Shown here: positions 55,660 through 64,000 of the stretch, piece by piece
Layout: every line of letters begins with the position of its first letter
Position numbering within the stretch: position 1 is the stretch's first letter
Assembly: GCA_963829515.1 (NCBI GenBank)
Contig: CAWHIP010000021.1
Location: 3,614 to 67,613, forward strand
Direction: 5' to 3'
Source: an uncultured Alphaproteobacteria bacterium
GTDB taxonomy: Bacteria; Pseudomonadota; Alphaproteobacteria; Rhizobiales; Beijerinckiaceae
Length of the DNA stretch: 64,000 nucleotides
Notes under the pieces: generated by a model
Databases searched by the model: none
Told to the model about the DNA's origin: nothing
The model's input: the letters and a program-made list of their open reading frames with translations, nothing else
Position numbers and translations under genes: made by a program

Positions 55660-56133
55660 CTACTCAACAATTCCCCGCGCGTAGCCGCCGTAGACCTTGC
55701 AGGAGCAACCGGTCCCAAGCCAACCCGGCTCATAGAGCAAGCACGTCTTCACGGGCGTCGCGCAATAATTTCCGGAGTCCGCCGTGGCGGAGACTGCAAC
55801 GCTTCGGCCTGTCATCAGAGGCGCGGTCGCGAGGCCCGCTAACCCGACTCCATATCCATAAGTATAGGGGTAGCCGTAAGCATAGTAGGGCGCGCGCCAA
55901 CCACGGTGCCAGCCGTAATGGCGCCAGCCATGGTGCCTCCAGCCATAGTGCCTCCAGCCTGGGCGCCAGCCGAAGTGCCTATAGTGATGCCGATAGACAT
56001 AGTGGGCTTGCTCGATCTGTGTTGGCGGAGTTATAACATTCGAGCTCGACACGCTCATAGGACCCGCTGTAGCGGTGGCGGCGAACGCGAACATAGCGGT
56101 TCCGGATATGATTGTAATTCTTTTAATATCCAT
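55660..56133 (-). CDS. secreted protein with WRHxG repeats and C-terminal 4-Cys domain
   Basis: GGAGG RBS; signal peptide; GWRHYGWRHHGWRHYGW; YCATPVKTC...GCSC. Confidence 0.75.
   Translation of the reverse strand: MDIKRITIISGTAMFAFAATATAGPMSVSSSNVITPPTQIEQAHYVYRHHYRHFGWRPGWRHYGWRHHGWRHYGWHRGWRAPYYAYGYPYTYGYGVGLAGLATAPLMTGRSVAVSATADSGNYCATPVKTCLLYEPGWLGTGCSCKVYGGYARGIVE
55909..55980. repeat. coding tandem repeat of about 15 bp (CCAGCCrt.gtgcct) x5
   Basis: Units start at 55909, 55924, 55939, 55954 (12 bp) and 55966. Confidence 0.85.
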
Positions 56134-56732
56134 AACACACCTCCTATGAGGCTATTCAACAGCTCCGGTGGGGGTCAAAGAAAAAGCCTCATTTATTTCG
56201 AACGTCGCATTCTGTGGTTGGTTCCAGTTTGGTTTGCATGTCGTTTTTTGGCCATTCGTCGCAAGAAGGACAGGCGAACGGGTGCCGTTGAAGGGAATCT
56301 GGCTGTCCGGATACGGCTTCGTCAGGTTAATTGGCTATGAGCAATTGGACGGGTAGTCTGTCGGGCGGGCCGCTGCCTCCTACTGGCTACAGGCCTCATC
56401 GTTTTCCAGCCAGTTCATCGCCCGCGCCGTGTGGCTGTGCTCCGGTTTGTGTGCTTCGGTTTTCTGTTCAGTCTGCGTTTGGTTGAGGACATTTTCGCTC
56501 AAGTGTGGGATCGTCCTCTCTTGCGAAACGGTTCGAAGCTACTCGACGACTTTGTCGGAGCGCGGCAGGGAAAGCGATAACTCGGCTGCCCGCGGGGCTA
56601 TGGAGCGTGGATGCGCTTGAAGCCGCCAGCGGTATCCCGCACGCCTGAGCCCCCACAACATTCCTTACGTGCTCGCTTTTCTTTGGCGCACATCCCCAAC
56701 TTCTGTTGGGCGGCAATCTCTTCGCCGATATT

Positions 56733-57584
56733 TCATGTGGATGACCATTCCAACTCCGGCACGAGCTTATAGGGATAGTTCGATTCTTCGTAGCCGTGGG
56801 GTTTCTTCCGCTTTGGCAGTTTCGGCTTGTCTCGAGGCAGGTCTTGGTAGGGGATCTGCGAAAGCAGATGCGTGATGATATTGAGGCGCGCGCGCTTCTT
56901 GTCGTCCGATCGCGCGACGTGCCAAGGCGCCCATGGCGTGTCCGTCGCTTGGAACATATCGTCGCGGGCGCGGGAATAATCATACCAGCGCTCATAGGAC
57001 TTCAGATCCATCGGCGATAGTTTCCAAATCTTGCGCGGGTCGTTGATGCGCCCCTCCAGGCGGCGCGTCTGCTCTTCGGAGCTCACTTCCAGCCAATATT
57101 TGATGAGTATGATGCCGGAGTCGACGATCGCCTTCTCCATTTCCGGCGCGACCTCTAGGAAACGCTTGACCGTTTCCATCGAGCAAAACTCCATGACCCG
57201 CTCGACGCCGGCGCGATTGTACCAGCTTCGATCGAAAATCACGATCTCGCCCGCGGCGGGCAGATGCGGCACGTAGCGCTGCATATACATCTGCGACTTT
57301 TCTCGGTCGGTCGGCGCGGGCAGCGCGACGACGCGAAAGATGCGCGGACTCACGCGCTCCGTGATCGCCTTGATGACGCCGCCTTTGCCCGCGCCGTCTC
57401 GACCTTCGAACAGGACGCATATTTTAAGGCCCTTATGCACGACCCAAATCTGAAGCTTGACAAGCTCGGCGTGCAAACGGGCAAGCTCCCGCTCGTAAAC
57501 TTTGTTGCTCAGCTTGGCCTGAAGAGCCCGCTCGTCTTCGCCATACGTCTCGCAACGCTTTTTGTGATCATTTGTTGCGTTCAT
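56733..57584 (-). CDS. ppk2: polyphosphate kinase 2
   Basis: FEGRDGAGKGG, YMQRY, FDRSWYNRAGVERVM, WKLSPMD and SDDKKRARLN. Confidence 0.95.
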   Translation of the reverse strand: MNATNDHKKRCETYGEDERALQAKLSNKVYERELARLHAELVKLQIWVVHKGLKICVLFEGRDGAGKGGVIKAITERVSPRIFRVVALPAPTDREKSQMYMQRYVPHLPAAGEIVIFDRSWYNRAGVERVMEFCSMETVKRFLEVAPEMEKAIVDSGIILIKYWLEVSSEEQTRRLEGRINDPRKIWKLSPMDLKSYERWYDYSRARDDMFQATDTPWAPWHVARSDDKKRARLNIITHLLSQIPYQDLPRDKPKLPKRKKPHGYEESNYPYKLVPELEWSST

Positions 57585-57639
57585 CGGTTTCTCTCCGCTT
57601 GGATCTTTACAACATAGGCGCGCGTGCCTAGTAAAGTAG

Positions 57640-58908
57640 ATGAGGGCTCGGATGCTGCGGCTCGAAGGGGCAGCCTTCGCCAGCCGGCCGAAACAAGGAC
57701 AGCTGTCGGCCGGATTTTCGGTTTCCGGCGGGACGCCGAGACCGCGCGACCGACGCAGGAGGCCCGTCTTGACCATTCGTCGTCCCGCCGCTGCAGGGCT
57801 CGCCTTTTTGATCGGCGTTTGGGTTGTGCTTCCCTGGACGGGCGACGGCGGACAATCGGGCGACGACGCGTTCGTTTCCTCAGCTCGAGCGAAGACCCCG
57901 ATCCGCAATTTGATCGCGCGGTTGCGCGGCGAGAAGCTGCCCGTAAGCATCGCCAAGACGAACGGCCGGATCGAAGCCACCCAAGTCGACGTCTCATCCA
58001 AATATGCCGGGCGCTTGGCCGAGGTCATGGTGGAGGAAGGCTCCAGCGTTACGCAAGGCCAAATCATCGCAAGGGTCTTCTCGCCGGAATATGAAGCTCA
58101 GTTGCGCGCGGCCCAAGCCGATGTGCAGCGCGCCAAGGACGCGCTCATTGCCGCTGAAGCCGAAATTGTTTCGCGACAAAGCGCTCTCGAGTTCGCCAAA
58201 TCAGACTACCAGCGCGGACAAGAGCTCATGAAGACCGGGACCATCACAAAGCAGGTCTTCGAGCAGCGCAAACGAAATTATGATGCGGCCAAGTCCGCGG
58301 TGAAGAGCTTCACCTCGCAGCGCGATCAGGCCAAGTCCTCGATCAAGAACGCGGAGGCCGAGGTCGAGCGGATCGAGTCGATCATTCAGGACCTCACGCT
58401 CACATCGCCCAGAAGCGGACGGGTACAATATCAGCTCGCGCGCGCGGGCGAGGTGGTCGCTGCGGGCGCGCCGATCGCGACCATCCTTGACCTTTCCGAC
58501 GTCTACATGACCATTTTCCTGCCTGCCTCGGTCGCAGGCAAGCTCGAAATCGGCGCCGAAGCGCGCATCGTCCTCGACGCGGCGCCGGATTATATCATTC
58601 CGGCGTCCGTGAGTTTCGTGGCCTCCGACGCGCAGTTCACGCCGAAGACTGTCGAAACCAAGGACGAACGCACGAAGCTCATGTTCCGCGTCAAGCTGAA
58701 GCTCGATCCGCAGGTCCTGCAGAAATACCACACAAAGGTGAAGACGGGGCTACGCGGCATGGGCTTCGTCCGCACGGACCCATCGACGCCTTGGCCGGAG
58801 GACCTTCAGATCAAGCTTCCTGCGGTCAAAGCGTCCAAACCCGAGCCCCCTGAAGCCGCGGTTCCTGAGGCCAAGGCTCGCGGCTCCAAGCCTCGCAGCG
58901 TCAAATGA
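57640..58908 (+). CDS. HlyD-family membrane fusion protein (YhiI-like); start uncertain
   Basis: TNGRIEA, biotinyl-like halves and FTPKTVETKDERTKLMFRVK. Confidence 0.9.
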   Translation: MRARMLRLEGAAFASRPKQGQLSAGFSVSGGTPRPRDRRRRPVLTIRRPAAAGLAFLIGVWVVLPWTGDGGQSGDDAFVSSARAKTPIRNLIARLRGEKLPVSIAKTNGRIEATQVDVSSKYAGRLAEVMVEEGSSVTQGQIIARVFSPEYEAQLRAAQADVQRAKDALIAAEAEIVSRQSALEFAKSDYQRGQELMKTGTITKQVFEQRKRNYDAAKSAVKSFTSQRDQAKSSIKNAEAEVERIESIIQDLTLTSPRSGRVQYQLARAGEVVAAGAPIATILDLSDVYMTIFLPASVAGKLEIGAEARIVLDAAPDYIIPASVSFVASDAQFTPKTVETKDERTKLMFRVKLKLDPQVLQKYHTKVKTGLRGMGFVRTDPSTPWPEDLQIKLPAVKASKPEPPEAAVPEAKARGSKPRSVK

Positions 58909-61649
58909 CTAAGGAGTTTGTCGCCCGGGTCGCGAATGTGGCGCACCGCTATGGCGCGTCTGTCGCGCTCGATGGCGTCACCATCGACATACCCGCGCGA
59001 ATCATGGTGGGCGTCATCGGGCCGGACGGCGTAGGCAAATCGACTTTGCTGGCGTTGATAGCAGGCGTCCGAAAAATGCAGCAGGGCGAGATCCTCGTTT
59101 TCGACGGCGACGTCGCCGATCCCGACCATCTTTGGGACATTCGCGGCCGGATCGCCTACATGCCGCAAGGCCTCGGCCGCAACCTCTATCCAACGCTGAG
59201 CGTGTTCGAGAACATCGATTTTTTCGGCCGTCTTTTCGGACAAGGCGCAGACGAGCGGCGCGGCCGAATCACCGAACTTCTTACCGCGACCGGCATGGAG
59301 AAGTTCGAGGGCCGGCCGGCGGGCAAGCTTTCCGGCGGCATGAAGCAGAAGCTCAGCCTCTGCTGCGCGCTCATCAACGATCCGGATCTTCTCATCCTCG
59401 ACGAGCCGACGACCGGCGTCGATCCGCTGTCGCGCGGTCAGTTCTGGGACCTTATCAACAGCATCCGCGCGCGACGCCCGCAAATGAGCGTCATTGTCGC
59501 CACCGCTTATATGGACGAAGCCGAGCGCTTCGACTGGCTGATGGCGATGGACGACGGCAAAATCATCGCCACCGGCGCGTTGAAGGAGCTTCTTGCGAAG
59601 ACCGGCGAGCCCAATCTCGACGAGGCGTTCATTGCGCTGATGCCTGAGGCCAAACGCGCTTTGCACAAGAAGGTCGTCGTTCGTGCGCGCGTGGCTTCGC
59701 CCGACGAGACTCCGGCGATCGAGGCGGAGGGCTTGACGCGGCAGTTCGGCGACTTCATCGCGGTCGATCACGTGAGCTTCAAGATCGCCCGTGGCGAGAT
59801 CTTCGGCTTTCTCGGCTCCAACGGATGCGGCAAGTCGACGACAATGAAAATGCTGACCGGGTTCCTGCCCGCGACCAGCGGCTGGGCGAAGCTGTTTGGC
59901 CAGCCGATGGGGTCGAGCGACATGGAGGCAAGGCGCAACGTCGGCTACATGACCCAGGCCTTCTCGCTCTACGGCGAGCTCACGGTTGGACAAAATCTGG
60001 AGCTGCACGCACAGCTCTATCACTTGCCAAAAGAAAAAATTGCGGGACGAATCAAAGACCTCCTGGACCGTTACGACCTGAAGGCCGTCGTCAACGCCCG
60101 GCCGGATAGCCTGCCGCTCGGCATAAAGCAGAGGCTTCAGCTCGCCGTCGCGGTTTTGCACGAACCGGCGATTCTCATTCTCGACGAGCCGACGTCGGGC
60201 GTCGATCCGATCGCGCGCGATTCGTTCTGGCGCACGCTTATCGATCTCTCGCGCGACGACGGGGTGACGATTTTCGTTACGACCCACTTTATGAACGAGG
60301 CGGAGCGCTGCGACCGCATTTCGCTCATGCATGCGGGTAAGGTGCTCGCCGTCGGTCCGCCGCTGGAACTCGTCAAGGAACACGGCAGCAACTCGCTCGA
60401 AGATTGCTTCGTCGGATATCTCGCGGACGCAGCCGGGATAGATCGCTCGAAAAAGTGCGAGGCCGCGGCGGCCGGACCCGGAGCCGCCGAGACGGAGCCT
60501 CTTGCGCCGCCGAGGCGCTTCGATCTCGCGCGTCTCTGGGCCTATGCGCGTCGCGAAACGGTCGAGCTCCTGCGCGATCCGATACGCATGGCCTTCGCCG
60601 TCGTCGGTCCGATCATCCTCATGTTCGCTTTCGGCTTCGGCATCTCCTTCGACATTGAGAACCTTCAGACCGCCGCTTTCGACCAGGACGACACGCCGCA
60701 GAGTCGCGAATTGCTGCAAGGATTTGAGGGCTCCCGCTACTTTTCTGTTCAACCGCCGATCGCTTCCGCCGAAGAGATGGAGCGGCGACTGAAAAGCGGC
60801 AACACGCAGATCGTGGTGGAGGTGCCCCCAGGCTTCGGCCGCGATCTTTTGAGTAGGCGGCGACCAGAGATCGATGCGACGGTCGACGGCGCCATGACCT
60901 TTCGCGGCGAAACCGCGAAGAACTACGTCTCCGGCGTCGTAAGCAAGCAGGGTGAGGAGCTTCAGCGTCGGCAGCGTCGACCTGGAACGGCGAATGCCTG
61001 GAGCGCCGACAATATCGAAACCAGGTTCCGCTACAATCAGGCCTTCCTCAGCGTGAACGCCATGGTGCCGAGCGTTTTCATGCTGATGCTATGCCTGATC
61101 CCGGCGATCATGTCGGCGATTGCGGTGGTGCGCGAAAAGGAGACCGGCTCGATCGCCAATTTCCGCTCGACCCCGATCACCAAATTCGAGTTCCTGATCG
61201 GTAAGCAGCTCCCCTATGTCGCCGTCGCGATGATGAATTTCGTCGTCCTGTTTCTCATGGCGATCTTCGTTTTTCGCGTGCCGATCAAGGGGCCATTCCT
61301 CACTTTGCTGATCGGGACCTTCGTCTATGTTTTTGCGACGACGGGCTTTGGCCAGCTGATTTCGTCCTTTGTGCGCACCCAGGTCGCAGCCGTCTTCGCG
61401 ACGGCGATCCTTTCGATCGTTCCGGCGGTGAATTTCTCCGGGCTGTTCGCGCCGGTCTCTTCCCTGTCCGGCGGCGCAAGGATCCTGGGGCTGTCTTTCC
61501 CGTCGGCCTGGTATCAACCGATCACGGTCGGGGTGTTCGCCAAGGCGCTCGGGATGCTCGACCTTTGGCGCAACGTCGCCGCGATCACAATCATCGCGCT
61601 CGCCTTCCTCGTCCTGTCGCTTCGCCTCTTGAGCAAACAGGAAGCGTGA
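58905..61649 (+). CDS. rbbA: RbbA/YhiH-type double ABC ATPase fused to ABC-2 permease
   Basis: GPDGVGKS, LSGGMKQK, LDEPTTGVDP, GSNGCGKS, LPLGIKQR and the membrane domain VVREKETGS. Confidence 0.92.
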   Translation: MTKEFVARVANVAHRYGASVALDGVTIDIPARIMVGVIGPDGVGKSTLLALIAGVRKMQQGEILVFDGDVADPDHLWDIRGRIAYMPQGLGRNLYPTLSVFENIDFFGRLFGQGADERRGRITELLTATGMEKFEGRPAGKLSGGMKQKLSLCCALINDPDLLILDEPTTGVDPLSRGQFWDLINSIRARRPQMSVIVATAYMDEAERFDWLMAMDDGKIIATGALKELLAKTGEPNLDEAFIALMPEAKRALHKKVVVRARVASPDETPAIEAEGLTRQFGDFIAVDHVSFKIARGEIFGFLGSNGCGKSTTMKMLTGFLPATSGWAKLFGQPMGSSDMEARRNVGYMTQAFSLYGELTVGQNLELHAQLYHLPKEKIAGRIKDLLDRYDLKAVVNARPDSLPLGIKQRLQLAVAVLHEPAILILDEPTSGVDPIARDSFWRTLIDLSRDDGVTIFVTTHFMNEAERCDRISLMHAGKVLAVGPPLELVKEHGSNSLEDCFVGYLADAAGIDRSKKCEAAAAGPGAAETEPLAPPRRFDLARLWAYARRETVELLRDPIRMAFAVVGPIILMFAFGFGISFDIENLQTAAFDQDDTPQSRELLQGFEGSRYFSVQPPIASAEEMERRLKSGNTQIVVEVPPGFGRDLLSRRRPEIDATVDGAMTFRGETAKNYVSGVVSKQGEELQRRQRRPGTANAWSADNIETRFRYNQAFLSVNAMVPSVFMLMLCLIPAIMSAIAVVREKETGSIANFRSTPITKFEFLIGKQLPYVAVAMMNFVVLFLMAIFVFRVPIKGPFLTLLIGTFVYVFATTGFGQLISSFVRTQVAAVFATAILSIVPAVNFSGLFAPVSSLSGGARILGLSFPSAWYQPITVGVFAKALGMLDLWRNVAAITIIALAFLVLSLRLLSKQEA

Positions 61650-61650
61650 G

Positions 61651-62835
61651 ATGGCGTCGCTCCCGGCCCAACCCACGCCCCGTCTCGCGGAAGCGAAGCC
61701 GCTGACGTTCGCCGCTCATGTCGTCAACATCTTCCGCCTCGTGATCAAGGAATTGCGCAGCATCCGGGCCGATCCGACGATGTTGATCCTCGTCGTTTAC
61801 GCGTTCAGCATCTCCGTCAACACGGTCGCCACCGGGGCGGTGACCGAAGCGACCAATCTCTCGGTGGGCGTCGTGGACGAGGACGGCTCGGACCTGTCGC
61901 GGCAGATCGCCGAGGGGCTGAGGCGCCCGACCTTCCAGCCGCCCGTGCAGATCACGGCGTCGGAGATCGACCCGATGATGGATCAGGGCAAGCTCCTCTT
62001 CGTCGTCGAGATCCCGCCCAATTTCGAGGCCGATATCCGCGCCCAGCGCAAGACTGGCATCCAGATCAATGTGGACGCGACGGCGGTCGCTCAGGCCGGC
62101 AATGGCGCGAGTTATCTGAGGACAGCGATCGCCAACGAGATCCAGGGATTTATCGCCGGCAAGGAGGGCTCGAAGGCGATGCCGATCAATCTCGTCTTGC
62201 GCGCGGCTTTCAATCCGAACCTGAAGACCGCCTGGTTCTCGGCGATGACGCAGGTCATCAACCAAATCACGCTCCTCACCGTCATCCTGACCGGCGCCGC
62301 CCTCATCCGCGAGCGCGAGCAGGGCACGGTCGAGCATCTCCTCGTCATGCCCGTCGTGCCGACGGAGATCATGCTGGCGAAGATGATCGCCAACGGCCTC
62401 GTCATCCTGGTCGCGGCGATGTTTTCGCTGCAATTCGTCGTGCATTGGTGGATCGGATCGCCGATCGCCGGCTCCTTGCTGCTGTTCCTGCTCGGCGCGG
62501 CGATCTACGCCCTTGTCGTGGCCGCGCTCGGCATCATGCTCGGAACGCTGACGACGACGATGGGCCAGTTTGGATTGCTGGCCATGCCGGTGCTGATGGT
62601 CACGCAACTGCTTTCCGGCAGCAGCACGCCGATGGAAAGCATGCCGGTCTGGCTTCAGCACGTCATGCAGACGATCAGCCCAACGCCGCATTTCGTCTCC
62701 TTTTCGCAGGCGGTGCTGTTTCGCGGCGCCGACGTCACGCTCGTCTGGCGTCCGCTCATTGCGATGATCATCATCGGCGCGGTCTATTTCGCCGTGGCGG
62801 CGCGCCGTTTCCGTCGGGTGATCTTCGGAGGCTGA
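61651..62835 (+). CDS. YhhJ-like ABC-2 permease
   Basis: GAALIREREQGTVEHLLVMP and LSGSSTPMESMP. Confidence 0.9.
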   Translation: MASLPAQPTPRLAEAKPLTFAAHVVNIFRLVIKELRSIRADPTMLILVVYAFSISVNTVATGAVTEATNLSVGVVDEDGSDLSRQIAEGLRRPTFQPPVQITASEIDPMMDQGKLLFVVEIPPNFEADIRAQRKTGIQINVDATAVAQAGNGASYLRTAIANEIQGFIAGKEGSKAMPINLVLRAAFNPNLKTAWFSAMTQVINQITLLTVILTGAALIREREQGTVEHLLVMPVVPTEIMLAKMIANGLVILVAAMFSLQFVVHWWIGSPIAGSLLLFLLGAAIYALVVAALGIMLGTLTTTMGQFGLLAMPVLMVTQLLSGSSTPMESMPVWLQHVMQTISPTPHFVSFSQAVLFRGADVTLVWRPLIAMIIIGAVYFAVAARRFRRVIFGG

Positions 62836-63214
62836 CGCCGGCTGCAGGGGCACCGTCGCGGGCGATCAAGCCACGCTGTGTTGTCTATTTCCATCAACAA
62901 GGGCCAAGCTTTGTGCGGCAAAAGCGTATTGCTGATAATACTCTCGCTAGGCTTGACGCTAGTCCAGGGTGCGCGTCGCGTTTGAAATCGGCTATCGTCC
63001 GTTTGATGGCCCAAATGGCCGCAAGCGGTCATGACGAAAGGAGCGTGAGGGCGGACTGTCTCCTGTGTGGGGGCTCCGGCCAAGGCGGACATTCGCACCG
63101 GAGTGCTGCACGAGGTAAGTCGGGGGATCAAGTTCGGGGTACGAAAATCTTGATTTTCGCAAGCGTCCATTCCATTGCAGGGAATCCATGAAGCCTTGAA
63201 TTGCGAGTATCGAA

Positions 63215-63685
63215 ATGGCGGCGACGGCAGTAGAGGCAATCAATCATTTCATCAAAGCCAGAGGCTTTCGAGAAGGGGAAACCTTTTTATTCGCGTCTCT
63301 TCAAATCCGCTATCCTCACCAAGACGAGTTGCGCGCCGTTTTGAAGCAGATGGGCGAAGATGGTGTGATCGAACAAACCTCTGAAGGCTCTTACAAAATG
63401 ACGATGGCCGGATATGTCAAATTCTTTGGCGCGCCGCCGTCGGAAGACGATACGATCCAGGCGATCATGACCGAAATCGGCGCGCGCGGCGTCAAGGTCG
63501 GAAAATCATTCATTTGGGCGCCCGTGCAAGAGAGCCTGGTCCTCAAACGCTTTCGCGATGGCGACCTCAAACCAGCTTTGGAAAAAATCTTGACGAACCG
63601 ATGGCTGGAAAATGCCTCAATGCCAGGTTTCTACAGGCTGACGGACGCTGGTTTTAAGGCACTCAACACCGGCAACGCCGAGTAG
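63215..63685 (+). CDS. hypothetical protein with two internally repeated winged-helix-like units
   Basis: Unit 1: IKARGFREGE...G.IE...SYKMTMAG. Unit 2: IGARGVKVGK...WLE...FYRLTDAG. Confidence 0.7.
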   Translation: MAATAVEAINHFIKARGFREGETFLFASLQIRYPHQDELRAVLKQMGEDGVIEQTSEGSYKMTMAGYVKFFGAPPSEDDTIQAIMTEIGARGVKVGKSFIWAPVQESLVLKRFRDGDLKPALEKILTNRWLENASMPGFYRLTDAGFKALNTGNAE

Positions 63686-64000
63686 CGAAGATTTTACCCT
63701 GAGGTGGCAAAGCTACCGTTTCGAAGGGCGATCGCCGCTCGGCGTCATAAATCGTTCAAATCGCGCGTACTTCGAGACGGGCTCGGCGGACAGGTCGAGG
63801 CGGAAGAGCGCAGTGTGCTTTTTTTTTGCAAAGCCGCTTCATTGCAAAAATCTTGAACTGCGCACCATTCAAGGTCTGCTTTCTGGAACGATTGGCACGC
63901 CAGTCTATGGCCATGTTGGGTCGAAAGCCGAAATTCAAACTGACCCGCCACCATGAGCTTTGCGCCGCCGCTTTAGCCGGTCTCGTCCCCCGCCTCCGAA

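Larger units (their letters stand above)
50115..63952. mobile_element. accessory genomic island (about 13.8 kb) with tyrosine recombinase
   Basis: Starts 13 bp after a host stop codon; contains an integrase, IS elements and accessory cargo; ends carry imperfect inverted motifs (50115-50141 vs 63927-63952). Boundaries are inferred. Confidence 0.55.

Noticed and set aside
55909-55980. Short direct repeats as a possible mini-CRISPR
   Set aside because: They are contiguous coding repeats without unique spacers, and there are no cas genes; the same applies to the His-codon repeats at 16855-16925 and the Gly repeats at 33290-33500.
57585-58067. 161-aa N-terminal extension on ppk2 in the ORF track
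   Set aside because: It overlaps the HlyD gene antisense; the PPK2-like sequence starts at 57584.
63893-63912. TGGCACG as a sigma54 -24 element
   Set aside because: There is no TTGC at the required -12 spacing and no downstream gene to drive.

Overview
GC-rich alphaproteobacterial chromosome. A Hyphomicrobiales origin, probably Beijerinckiaceae-like, is inferred from gene order and protein sequences and has not been verified. About 1-50.1 kb is mostly housekeeping DNA: mutM, an L,D-transpeptidase, a YqjI-like PadR regulator, typA, cysG, SCO, a Zn ABC system with a COG0523 GTPase, adc/patatin, thiD, prfC, asd, leuB, acnA, ccmABCDG, purEK, rpsU, pgk, gap, DUF4164-zapA-6S RNA-ygfA and ymdB. Accessory genes are interspersed, including a TPR-GT41-methyltransferase fusion and a DUF2092/Gly-rich pair inside the ccm operon. 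About 50.1-63.95 kb is an accessory island carrying a minimal tyrosine recombinase, one IS5 plus an IS5 remnant, sulP, DUF502, two small secreted repeat proteins, ppk2, a HlyD-RbbA-YhhJ exporter and a tandem winged-helix orphan. The best candidate for an undescribed system is this island: it is bounded by imperfect inverted motifs, and degenerate GTCCGCT/AGCGGAC-type hairpin motifs recur between its cargo genes, which suggests a cassette-like recombination system (inference). Other notable items are a 117-bp structured repeat in three copies, a perfect 21-bp operator palindrome, and a Zur-like box inside the aztC coding region. About 20 single-base indels break genes, including gap, and are most likely assembly errors, so apparent fusions and pseudogenes need read-level checks. 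No rRNA, tRNA or CRISPR array was seen.
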